DNA of 64,000 nt. It comes from Macrostomum lignano. Lineage: Eukaryota. The translations under genes were made by a program, and so were the position numbers. Under the pieces are notes generated by a model that was not told the origin of the DNA, did no database searches, and saw only the letters and a list, made by a program, of their open reading frames with translations. The stretch lies in the NCBI GenBank assembly GCA_002269645.1, contig NIVC01003872.1, forward strand, positions 8,775 to 72,774. Direction: 5' to 3'. Below are positions 22,884 through 34,934 of the stretch, piece by piece; the stretch's first letter is position 1; each line of letters starts with the position of its first letter.

Positions 22884-25800
22884 CTCAGTACTTGATCAGG
22901 GATTTATTACCCCTCGCGGGTCAGCATAGAAGCTGCCTTGAGCCACAACAGACGCGAGGATTTATTACCCCTCGCAGGTCAGCATGGAAGCTGCCTTGAG
23001 CCACAACAGACGCGAGGATTTATTACCCCTCGCAGGTCAGCATGGAAGCTGCCTTGAGCCACAAACGACGCGAGGATTTATTACCCCTCGCAGGTCAGCA
23101 TAAAAGCTGCCTTGAGCCACAACAGACGCGAGTATTTATTACCCCTCGCAGGTCAGCATAAAAGCTGCCTTGAGCCACAACAGACGCGAGGATTTATTAC
23201 CCCTCGCAGGTCAGCATGGAAGCTGCCTTGAGCCACAACAGACGCGAGGATTTATTACCCCTCGCAGGTCAGCATAAAAGCTGCCTTGAGCCACAACAGA
23301 AGCGAGGATTTATTACCCCTCGCAGGTCAGCATAAAAGCTGCCTTGAGCCACAACAGACGCGAGGATTTATTACCCATCGCAGGTCAGCATAAAAGCTGC
23401 CTTGAGCCACAACAGACGCGAGGATTTATTACCCCTCGCGGGTCAGCATGGAAGCTGCCTTTAGCCACAACAGACGCGAGGATTTATTACCCCTCGCAGG
23501 TCAGCATGGCAGCTGCCTTTAGCCACAACAGACGCGAGGATTTATTACCCCTCGCAGGTCAGCATAAAAGCTGCCTTGAGCCACAACAGACGCGAGGATT
23601 TATTACCCCTCGCAGGTCAGCATAAAAGCTGCCTTGAGCCACAACAGACGCGAGGATTTATTACCCCTCGCAGGTCAGCATAAAAGCTGCCTTGAGCCAC
23701 AACAGACGCCAGGATTTATTACCCCTCGCAGGTCAGCATGGAAGCTGCCTTGAGCCACAACAGACGCGAGGATTTATTACCCCTCGCAGGTCAGCATGGA
23801 AGCTGCCTTTAGCCACAACAGACGCGAGGATTTATTACCCCTCGCAGGTCAGCATAAAAGCTGCCTTGAGCCACAACAGACGCCAGGATTTATTACCCCT
23901 CGCAGGTCAGCATGGAAGCTGCCTTGAGCCACAACAGACGCGAGGATTTATTACCCCTCGCGGGTCAGCATGGAAGCTGCCTTGAGCCACAACAGACGCT
24001 CAACAGACGGCAGACAGACAGCAGACACATAGACATACAGAAACCAACCTTGGTGCTGCTCTTTGCCACATTTCTCCTATGCAGCATGATTCCGAGGATG
24101 ATGCAGCACAGCAGGATCACGAAGGCCACAGCGGCAACAATGACGGCAGTCCTTATGGGGTCGGACATGCCTAGGCCGGACAAGCCGAGCGGCAGCTGGT
24201 CCTCCGGACACTCCAGCACCGGACAGGTGATGAAAAACCTTTGGGGGAGTCGACAGTTAAGAATTGAGTTAAGAGGGAAGAGGTAAGATAGAAAAGCGCA
24301 GCGCCAAATCTTCACCACCCTCACCGAGTGTCCGATTTGTCAACGCACGACGGCCGGGGGAACTGGGCGCCCGGGTTGCGGCACTCGCTGCCGGCGTCTC
24401 GGAGGCTGGCGAAGTAGTCAGCAGACAGCAGGCGGTTGGCGGCGGAGCTCCACTTGGCGCAGCCGGACTGCACCGCCTGCGGGAAGGGGCGAGGAGCTGG
24501 TGTGGGTGTCTGGGTCTGCCTTCGTGGCTGTCTGTGCATCTGTAACTGCTTTTCTGTTTGTGTCTGTCTCTCTGTAGTACTTTGTGTCTGTTTGTCTGTC
24601 TCTCTGTAACATTTGTCTTTTGTACCTGTTCCTGTAATTGCTTTTGTCTGTTTGTGTCTCTCTGTAATTGCTTGTGTCTGTCTGTAACAGATTGTGTCTG
24701 TATCGACCTGTCTGTCTATATCTGCTAGCCTGGCTGTACTTGTCTGTAACTGCCTGTCTGTCTGACTGCTGTACGCGTCTCCGCCTCCGGCCCACCTCAG
24801 CTCTGTCGCTCGGCTCCCTGTAAAACAGGCCCCGCCAGAAGTCCCTCCTGGAGAAGCAGCCTCTCGTATTGGTGCTGTCGTCGGACTCGAGCGCACCAGA
24901 CGCTGGCCGCGCGTGCCGCAGCATGACGGCCTCCAGGTCGAAACGGGCGTGACAGCCGGGCTCGGAGTCGGCGTCCGGAAAGAGCTCGCAGTCGGGGAAG
25001 CGGCGGAGCAGCTTCACCTCCGAGGAGCAGACGTGATCGCGCACCAGCAGGCAGTGCTGCCGGCAGGGCTTGTCGGAGCACAGGGCGGATGAGCACAGCA
25101 GAGCCTGCGGGGGGGAAGAATGATTGCTCAGTGAGATTGGGTCTGCTGATTGGATCAGGGAATCCAGCCTCATCATGATGGGAGTGGGATGTGGGAATCC
25201 AGCCTCATCATGATGGGAGTTGGATGTGGGAATCCAGCCTCATCATGATGGGAGTTGGATGTGGGAATCCAGCCTCATCATGATGGGAGTGGGATGTGGG
25301 AATCCAGCCTCATCATGATGGGAGTTGGATGTGGGAATCCAGCCTCATCATGATGGGAGTGGGATGTGGGAATCCAGCCTCATCATGATGGGAGTGGGAT
25401 GTGGGAATCCAGCCTCATTATGATGGGAGTGGGATGTGGGAATCCAGCCTCATTATGATGGGAGTGGGATGTGGGAATCCAGCCTCATTATGATGGGAGT
25501 GGGGTCTGGGAATCCAGCCTCATTATGATGGGAGTGGGGTCTGGGAATCCAGCCTCATCATGATGGGAGTGGGATGTGGGAATCCAGCCATATCATGATG
25601 TGAGTGGGATCTGAGAATCCAGCCACATCATGATGGGAGTGGGATCTGAGAATCCAGCCTCATTATGATGGGAGTGGGGTGTGGGAATCCAGCCTCATCA
25701 TGATGGGAGTGGGGTGTGGGAATCCAGCCTCATCAACACACCTGAGCCAGCGCAGTGCAGTGGGTCATGTGCGGATCGAGCACATCGGCGGAGTTGGCCG

Positions 25801-28580
25801 CGGCCTCGGGCAGCACCGCTGACGAGTTCAGTAGCCGCTCACGAACAGCCCGGGTCCCGTTGGCAGCCAGGTGTCCCAGGTGAGGCCAGCAGCCGTGGCT
25901 CTTGGGCAAAAACGAGCTGAGAGGATGGCAGGTCTCTATAACTGGCGCTGTTGTTGTCAGAGTCTCTGGCGGCGGCGCCAAGATGATGTCAAAGGTTCCG
26001 ACTGCGGAATGCGGCGCATACAGCAGCACGGGATTCAGTTCTATCATCGTAGGCCCAGTGAGAGCTCGGAGGCGGCACAAAACCTGCATAAATTCAGGTT
26101 GTAGAAAATGAATTGCAGAAGACTCAGCACCTTACTCAGTCCATACAGCACCCAACTCAGTCCATACAGCACCCTACTCAGTCCCTACAGCACCCTACTC
26201 AGTCCCTACAGCACCCTACTCAGTCCCTACAGCACCCTACTCAGTCCCTACAGCACCCTACTCAGTCCCTACAGCACCCTACTCAGTCCCTACAGCACCC
26301 TACTCAGTCCCTACAGCACCCTACTCAGTCCCTACAGCACCCTACTCAGTCCCTACAGCACCCTACTCAGTCCCTACAGCACCCTACTCAGTCCCTACAG
26401 CACCCTACTCAGTCCCTACAGCACCCTACTCAGTCCCTACAGCACCCTACTCAGTCCCTACAGCACCCTACTCAGTCCCTACAGCACCCTACTCAGTCCC
26501 TACAGCACCCTACTCAGTCCCTACAGCACCCTACTCAGTCCCTACAGCACCCAACCGAGCAGAGAGCAACAGACCTGCACTCGAGATCCGACTCGCACAA
26601 TCCTCGTAACTTTTTTGGACCGCCCGGCAGACTGCTGAAATTCCAGCCTGTATGCGCTGGGTTTCGAGTGCCACACCAGGGAGGTCAAGAGTCGCTGCAC
26701 ATCTGTGCCCAGTTGCAGCTTCTCTGCTTCGGCGCCATCAATGCGGATCAGCCTGCCGGGTTGGATGAAGACAGAGCTTTGAATTAACTTAGCTGAGTCT
26801 CAGAGACATCAAAGACTCAGCCTAATTTGAGTTCTATTGGGATCAGACTCAGCCTAATTTGAGTTCTATTGGGATCAGACTCAGCCTAATTTGAGTTCTA
26901 TTGGGATCAGACTCAGCCTAATTTGAGTTCTATTGGGATCAGACTCAGCCTAATTTGAGTTCTATTGGGATCAGACTCAGCCTAATTTGAGTTCTATTGG
27001 GATCAGACTCAGCCTAATTTGAGTTCTATTGGGATCAGACTCAGCCTAATTTGAGTTCTATTGGGATCAGACTCAGCCTAATTTGAGTTCTATTGGGATC
27101 AGACTCAGCCTAATTTGAGTTCTATTGGGATCAGACTCAGCCTAATTTGAGTTCTATTGGGATCAGACTCAGCCTAATTTGAGTTCTATTGGGATCAGAC
27201 TCAGCCTAATTTGAGCTCCATTGGGATCAGACTCAGCCTAATTTGAGTTCTATTGGGATCAGACTCAGCCTAATTTGAGTTCTATTGGGATCAGACTCAG
27301 CCTAATTTGAGTTCTATTGGGATCAGACTCAGCCTAATTTGAGCTCCATTGGGATCAGACTCAGCCTAATTTGAGCTCCATTGGGATCAGACTCAGCCTA
27401 ATTTGAGTTCTATTGGGATCAGACTCAGCCTAATTTGAGCTCCATTGGGATCAGACTCAGCCTAATTTGAGCTCCATTGGGATCAGACTCAGCCTCATTT
27501 GAGCTCCATTGGGATCAGACTCAGCCTAATTTGAGTTCTATTGGGATCAGACTCAGCCTAATTTGAGTTCTATTGGGATCAGACTCAGCCTAATTTGAGT
27601 TCTATTGGGATCAGACTCAGCCTAATTTGAGTTCTATTGGGATCAGACTCAGCCTAATTTGAGTTCTATTGGGATCAGACTCAGCCTAATTTGAGTTCTA
27701 TTGGGATCAGACTCAGCCTAATTTGAGTTCTATTGGGATCAGACTCAGCCTAATTTGAGTTCTATTGGGATCAGACTCAGCCTAATTTGAGCTCCATTGG
27801 GATCAGACTCAGCCTAATTTGAGCTCCATTGGGATCAGACTCAGCCTCATTTGAGCTCCATTGGGATCAGACTCAGCCTAATTTGAGCTCCATTGGGATC
27901 AGACTCAGACTAATTTGAGCTCCATTGGGATCAGACTCAGCCTAATTTGAGCTCCACTGGGATCAGACTCAGCCTCATTTGAGCTCCATTGGGATCAGAC
28001 TCCGCCTCATTTGAGCTCCACTGGGATCAGACTCAGCCTCATTTGAGCTCCATTGGGATCAGACTCACCAATCCAATTCGAATGAGCATGAGCATTGGCC
28101 ACTGCAGTACAGCTCAGCCTCATAGCCCGGCTTGAGCTCCTGCCGATACGAAAAGGTGTTGGACACCTTCCCAGTCTCCATATGCGGCGAGAAGACGGGA
28201 GGGTAGAAGGGCACGAAGAGAACGCTCCCCTTGAGAACGGTGCCATTAAGTAGCTTGGCGTGGCACCACACGTCGCCATAATTCACGCCCACCCTGGTGA
28301 AGACCAAAGTCCCGTTGCCGAAATCCAGCACCGGGGTTACGTCTGAGGAGTTGCTCAGCGCCCCGTATCTCCATGAGAAGTAGATTTTGGTCACTTGATC
28401 GGCAATCTCGGCACTCGGGGTGCACTGAAGCACAAAGTTCTCGTCGAACAGGATAGGAAAATTGCGGGTCACCAGGGTCACGTTCAGCTGGTCGTTGCCC
28501 TTATTCTCGTCGTTGTCCAAAATGGCCAAAGCCGATTGAACTGCAAACAGCAGGAGCAGCCAAATCAATTTGGTAGCCAT
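16988..28580 (-). CDS. MuSK/Ror/Nrk-family receptor tyrosine kinase: signal peptide, Ig-like domain(s), Frizzled CRD, kringle, TM, divergent TK; 9 exons, ~968 aa
   Basis: Exons 28580-28069, 26776-26575, 26083-25742, 25104-24796, 24476-24325, 24238-~24039 (donor uncertain), 22782-22614, 20003-19766 and 17770-16988 join in frame (2907 nt). Signal peptide MATKLIWLLLLFAVQSALA. Ig C..W..C. CRD: LLC..PCRQHC..C..FPDC. Kringle: C..W..CRNPG..PSC. TM: AVIVAAVAFVILLCCIILGIML. Juxtamembrane YPKLERLAYSHDDF resembles MuSK NPKLLSLEYPRNNI. Kinase: IGKGAF, VALK, RDLASRN, DFG, LPVRWLAPE, SDVYAFGVLLWELFS. Exact orthology unresolved. Confidence 0.85.
17870..18310. repeat. 29-bp minisatellite (RTK intron 8)
   Basis: Unit CTCACTGCTCAGCCTCATCAATGCTCCAT with degenerate copies. 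Confidence 0.9.
18765..19691. repeat. 23-bp minisatellite, ~40 copies (RTK intron 8)
   Basis: Unit GGGGATATTCCATAGCAGAATGT, nearly invariant. Confidence 0.97.
21430..22235. repeat. 21-23-bp C-rich minisatellite (RTK intron 7)
   Basis: Core TGTCTAACCCACCCTATC followed by CTCT / CCC / TACCA variants. Confidence 0.95.
22790..22882. repeat. (GACA)n microsatellite next to a splice acceptor (RTK intron 6)
   Basis: Imperfect, then perfect, GACA runs. On the minus strand this forms the pyrimidine-rich tract of the acceptor at 22783. Confidence 0.9.
22903..23998. repeat. 58-bp minisatellite, ~19 copies (RTK intron 6)
   Basis: Unit GAGGATTTATTACCCCTCGCAGGTCAGCAT(GG/AA)AAGCTGCCTTGAGCCACAACAGACGC. Confidence 0.97.
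24505..24770. repeat. Degenerate TCTG/TGTC low-complexity tract (RTK intron 4)
   Basis: Imperfect CTGT-based repeat filling the 319-bp intron. Confidence 0.75.
25158..25733. repeat. 35-bp minisatellite, ~16 copies (RTK intron 3)
   Basis: Unit ATGATGGGAGTGGGATGTGGGAATCCAGCCTCATC, ending about 8 bp from the donor at 25741. Confidence 0.95.
26125..26551. repeat. 21-bp minisatellite, ~20 copies (RTK intron 2)
   Basis: Unit CAGCACCCTACTCAGTCCCTA. Confidence 0.97.
26814..28063. repeat. 32-bp minisatellite, ~39 copies (RTK intron 1)
   Basis: Unit GACTCAGCCTAATTTGAG(TTCT/CTCC)ATTGGGATCA, running directly into the donor site at 28068. Confidence 0.97.
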
Positions 28581-29559
28581 AGAGACAGCAAGTTAACGAT
28601 CCGGCAGTGAGTTGCCCTGTGAGTTGATGCAGGCCGCTCTTGCTGCTCAGCTGGCAATTTCTGGCTGAAATGGGATTTGGGAATCTAGCTGAGATTCTGC
28701 CAGGGAGTTATGAGGGGTTTGGCGCAACCAGGTCAACCATGGCGTACCTGGAGCTGGAGCAGCAGGGGGAGCAGCAGGGGGGGGGGCAGGTAAAGAGCAG
28801 CCAACAACCCTGACATCCACCTAGAGTTGCTGTGAGAGTGTCACACATTGTTACAAGGAGGATGAAATCTCTTTTTTTAAGAGTTATATTGTTGCCAGCT
28901 TCCCAGAAATTAATGCACTAGCTGTGAGACAACTTGAGCTGCTTTTTTAGGCATGCATCCAATTTGCAATTAAACATTTTAACCAATAATATGCCCTCTG
29001 CTGACAAACTTGAGATAGCCATTCTATGACAGTGAATGAGACTCTTCTCTTACAAAGCAGTTTTGTGAAATTTGTTAGTCAAAAGTAAGTTGTGCATATT
29101 TTTGCAGCTTGGAAACATACTTGCTTGGCTAAAGCACTGTCCCAAGATGTTCTCAGTACATTAATACCCATGCTTTTTAAGGGCGTTAATGGGAAATCAG
29201 AGGGCGCCGTGTGTCCAGATTTGCGACTTTGTTTCTCCCAATTGTGACTTAGTTCCTCTCGATTTCAACTTATTTTCATTTTGTATATGACCTTTCTTGC
29301 CTTTTTCTCTTTTCTTCTCTTTCTCTTTCTCTTTCCTCTTCCGCTCTCTCTCTTTTCTCCCGCCTTTCTTTTCCTTTTCTCTTTCTCTCCTTTCTTTCTT
29401 TCCCCCAATTTTATTTTTTGCATTTTCGATTTTGCAACTTACCTTGGCTGGTGGCAATTTCACCTGTCTGGTTTGGATGGGTTGGACAGGTGTTGGGCAT
29501 ATATGATTAGTACTATTTGCTACATGCTCAAAGGAGTTAGAGAATGCTAACTAGAATTT

Positions 29560-32500
29560 GTCCTCAATTTTAGAAAACAAAACAAACCTCGAAGAGGATA
29601 CCATTGATGAGAAATCTGTGTACAGCAAGCTGAGTTGTTGGAACAGTTGAGTCTTTTGATCATAGAAAGAAAAAATGTGTATATTCCTAAGAGCCATTTG
29701 TGAACGCATATTAATTCAGCACCATAGTCCTACCATCTACAAGTTCTTTCTATTGTCTAACACTGTCAATTTTCAAGTGTTAGCCATTTACAACAATTGT
29801 TATCAGGTCTTAGCAATGATCCTAACCCCAAAGCTAAAAGGCTTAAAGCCTGGCTAAAGGCTAAAGCCTGCAGCTTACCAGAGTCTAAGAGGGTGGCTCT
29901 ATTTGTAATTGATAAAATTTACTCTTCTAAAAAATAGAAGTTATTAGAAAGCATTTTTTGGAATTGATAGTGATATTAAAACTAATGACTTGGCCAAATG
30001 ATATGTACATTTTAAATAAAATCATTACATAGTGACTTCTAAGAGGTTGCTTAGCTTTTCTTATTCTAAAAAGTAACTTAAATGCATAAGAGCTTCATAA
30101 GCATCTCCATGACTTCAAGGAAACATGCGTGTTTTAAACTATTATAATAAGAGAAAATTATAATATTAATTTATTAAATAACAAAGTTCTCAGCCTTCTA
30201 AACATATATGCGCAACTGCTGGCCGACCTGGCCGATCTGGCCACCGTAAATTGTGGTGGACCAGGGGTAAATCGCAAAAATGCCACCCCAAAGAATATGG
30301 ACGTAGTACTAATTAGATGCCGAGGCATTTAATATTATTAAATGATAATACAGTCATAGTTACTCCTGCCGTTTATCCAAAACTGCGTTAATTTTGCTTT
30401 AGGGTTTCTTTTGCAGGTAAGTCACATTTTTGGTCAAAAAGTAAGTCGCATGGCTGGTGTAAATCAGGGGGGTTGCGCATGTATGCTTCTAAATGTATTT
30501 ATTTGTATCTAATTTCATAGGAAAACATAGGCAGAATGAGTGGTTTGAGAGAGGCCCTGAGACTAACCTTGTACAATGCCCCCTTGCCCAATGTTACTTC
30601 TTAAAGAGTATAATAAGCCAATAGGATTTCTTGCAAAAAAAAAGCATTATGAATATCAAGAGCTATAAGGTTTAAAAAGCAAAATATATTAAAAGATAAA
30701 TATCAGGATATGCTTACCTACTATCAAAATTACAAAAGTTACAAAATTAGCAATAACAATTTTGTGCTGAAAAATGAAAACTTTCTATCTCTATTATAGT
30801 ATATTCCTTCAAAAAACCTGCCTCCCACAATTTAAAAAAAAACAAGGTTTTTTATCTGTCTATATCAATAGACTTTACTTTTTATATGCTTACCAATATC
30901 TTATTTTTATTAGAAAAAAAGCTTCCTAATATATATACATGCAACTAAATTTTATTTCTTTCTTAGGAAGTCATTTTATCTGCTTGAAGATAAAAAGGTA
31001 ATAGACAAAATGACTATAAAATTTTTGTTTTAATTTTTGTTCATAATTTATTTTATAATGGAAAAAAATTAGGCCTTCTTGAACTTTAGGTACATAAAAT
31101 ACTTCCAATTTTCCTTTTTCGATGAAATTTTTGCCAGTTTTAAAGGCTGTCCAAAATGATAATAAAGCAAAAAAAACTGCAAAAAATTATCCTTAGAGGT
31201 AACAGGAGCTTGATTTGTTAACCTCCTATGTAACTAGTGGTAATTTGATCTAAGCAGTTTTGGAAAATTGTGTGTTTGAAAGTTGAACTTTTTTAGAATC
31301 ATAACTTTTTAATTTAATTTTTTTCCAAAACTTGATGAATTTATTCTAAAAAACATTTAGAGGGTTCAACTTTTATCTCTTAAAAATAGTGTATATTCTA
31401 TTTTTTTTTCATTCAATTTGTTCTAGTGCAATGAGAGTGCCATGTCAGTTTACTTTTTTTAAAAAATGCTAACTAATGGGTTCAAGAGTTCAAGAAAACC
31501 AATAATTAAGCCATAGATAAGGACCATATGACTATCATACATAAGATAATAATATATAAATTGGTATATACAAAAATGTAGGCATGTATACCAGAAATTT
31601 CAAAGGTGTACTCAAGAAATTTGGCATATATGTTGATATACAAAAAATTATTTTGGGCTTTTGATATACATATTTAATATTTTGGTATGTGACATACTTA
31701 TGCTGAAAACAAAAGAATACATTATCAGTAATGTCAAAATAGTCAAAATAGTTGTCTATGCAATATAATTAAAAAGTTTGATAACCATTTAAGGCAAAAG
31801 TCATTTGCATGTTTTTTACAAGAAAACAATTTGAAATTTTAACAAAAATGCATAAATTTTATTATTGTTCATTATATATATAAGACATAATTTTATAAAT
31901 ATAATTATCATTAGTTTTTAACCTTATTTAATTAAGCCATAGTTTGGAAGGTGACATATATGCCAGGATTTACCAGTATATAAAAAAGGTCTTACCAATT
32001 TTCAACATATATAAAAATATAATTCAGTGTACATGATATAGCAAATGCATTGTATCAAATTATATATTTTTTGTATTGGTACACAAACCTAGCATACAAA
32101 TGAGGTCTTGCTATTTTTTCTGACATTAAACCTACTATATACTAGTATATAATCCCAATTATGCCTGGATAGTAGGCCTTAAATATTTAAAAATTGACAA
32201 TTTGAAGCTTTGCACAATATAATATATTTGGTAAACATTAGTATAAACCAAAAAAATTGGTTGTTTTTTCTAGGGTATATAATATAGTATTTTGAACTAT
32301 AGATAAAGTATTCCAAACTATGGACTAAGAGCCTTACATTAGGCCTATTAGGCTAGGCCCCCTATCTTACTTAGGTTAGGTTAGGAATCAGGAGTGCATA
32401 TACTTGTACACACAAATGACAGTTGTTTTATCTGCAATTTTTTTGCCTACAATTGTAAAAATATGATGTAATCTTTTTGTTTACCATAGAACATTAAGAC

Positions 32501-34930
32501 TAAGGTATGATGCTAATACATATAATATTAAAACAAATATCTATAAATATTAAAAAGTACTTATAGTTATAAGTGAGAATAAATAACTCAATTACAAATA
32601 CAAGTATAGGCCTATGTGTATCCCATATTGCGGAAGGTTTTCTGTGTATACCGGACACATTTTTATTGAATTTTCAATTGTACGCCAATAGATTTTAAAT
32701 GTACATCAACTTAAAAAATGGTAAAAAAATCAACAAATATTTAAATTTAAATTTAAACTACAAAAAATTGAGAACAACATGACAATTGTTGTGACAACTC
32801 CGGAAATTAAAATGATTGGTAAATGGGAAAATAGTAGCAGAAAAAATGGTTTTTGAAATAACTTAACACAGAAAAAGCACAAAAAAATTTTTATATTAAT
32901 TTCAACGCCAGTCGTCATACACCACTGTACGCTACACTGTACACAGCCAAGAAATGTACGCTGGTGTGCACCATGGAAATCAGTGTACGCCGGAATTTTT
33001 TGGCATATATCCCACCATCCACAAAATGGTGTGTATCTAAAATATTAATTTTCCCCAAGTGACCCAAATATTGACTTATAGGCTATACTCGGCCTATACT
33101 AACTTTTTGTTTATAACGAATAAACATTTCAATAAAGACAGCAAATACATTATCATTATTGGATTGGGCTCATAATAGCCAGCTGATGGTAGTAGGCCTA
33201 TTCAACTGCAAACTCTGCCTAGGTCCCTATATTATTTTTCTTAAAAATATTATGATAAACAAAATTACACTTGCAAAAAATAACATTGTATCATAGATTC
33301 TTTTTAGTTTGGCATGAATTATTACATCTAATTTTGAAAAATTAGCTTTACAAGCTATATAGCTAGGCATATACTTTCATTTTTCTTTTTTTAAGTTTTG
33401 TTTGCCAGTAGACAAAAAAGTAGCAGACGAAATGACTGTGCACCACACACACTAACAGTCAACACAGGGTGTATAGGGGCTCTGACTTTCTAATCGTCAG
33501 GCATGTATGCACACTCTCTCTCAACTCTCAAGACAAAACTTGCACATCTACAAATAAATCAATTTTTGACAAATTAACTTTTGGCATATCAACTTTTGTT
33601 TTAGCAAATAGTATAGAAATAGGTAGGCCCCTCCCCTATATTATGATAACTAAAGTCAAAGATGATGATATTAACTTGCTACAAATTAGAATGTATTAGA
33701 TAATTTTTGGCTAGGCCTATGCTTTGTAGTTTGTAATTTTCTTATTCTAATAAAAGTAAACTTCTTAGGGCCTAATCAAATCATAAGTTTAGTTTATGTA
33801 AATAATCCAACAGCTCTAGCTATAGGCCCTAGCCATCAGGCATCAGGCTCGACACTTATGACTTAAACTTATTTTATGGATTTGGACCTACCTTTCACTT
33901 TCAGACAGCAAAGCATGGACTCTAACTTCGTTTAATTAACTACTTAGTTACAGCTGTCTGTAGCTGTTGGACCACTCTAGCTAGCCAGACAACCAGTAAC
34001 AGAGAGGTATAATTTAAAAAAAAGTAGACGACAGACGGTACTCAAGTCAAGACACAAACGCGGACCCCGTCGCGACTCGCAGGAGTCGCAGGGACTGACG
34101 ACATAATTATGACCGGTTTTTCAGTTCCAGTTCCCAAATCGTACTTTAAAATCCCGCCGTAACGGAATATGTTACAACGCATATTAAAACAAATGTTTAC
34201 TGCTTTAAGAATGAAGTTGACATTAATGTTTTAAAAAATGAATAAAATACAATATTATTCAAACGTTTTCTTATTTTATTTATATTTAGAAAACTATTAT
34301 AGAGGCGAATATTCAAAAAACCACGGTTCGAAATCGGAGTCAACTCGATCTATCATTATCGTTGTATGTGATAATGTGACGATAACAATATGAAGTAAGA
34401 ATTCTTCTAAATATGATAAAACTAAAAAATTAATATGTAGAATGAATAAACAAAGAAACTAGTAGACAATTATAAAAAATTTTTCGTTCTTTTTACACTT
34501 GATAAAGACAGTAGTTAACTACAATTAAGTTAACTACAATTACTTTGAACTCAAAAATATTGTGGTAAATTAATAAATTAACTAATAGCAATTCAATTAA
34601 TGGTTTCAATTGACGCTAAAAAAATTCAAAAGTTAAAGGTCCTTATAAAACATGGGTTTTGAATATTACATGTGAAATAAAAAATTGAGATAAAAATATA
34701 AGATGGGATACATGTAATTTATAAGATTATGATGTTACTTCTCCAGAAGAATGCATGTAATTGTCGTAAAAATTCTATCAATAACTTAATACAGAAAATA
34801 CGTAGTTTAATCCAATAGTGCACCTTGAATTGATTAATTGTAATTTCTCTACAGACCTTACAAATCTAATTGATCAAATATTAAACATGTAAATATTTTG
34901 CACAATTAGATGCAATTCTTAACTTGCATG
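29560..34930. other. AT-rich non-coding block
   Basis: Visibly much more AT-rich than the flanks, with many A/T runs, no credible ORF and no minisatellite. It contains MITE copy 2. GC content was not computed. Confidence 0.7.
30203..30485. mobile_element. Non-autonomous DNA transposon (hAT-type MITE), copy 2, with 28S-like core
   Basis: TIRs CATATATGCGCAAC (30203-30216) and GTTGCGCATGTATG (30472-30485). Perfect 8-bp TSD CTTCTAAA (30195-30202, 30486-30493). The interior is collinear with 1240-1536. Confidence 0.9.
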
Positions 34931-34934
34931 TGAT

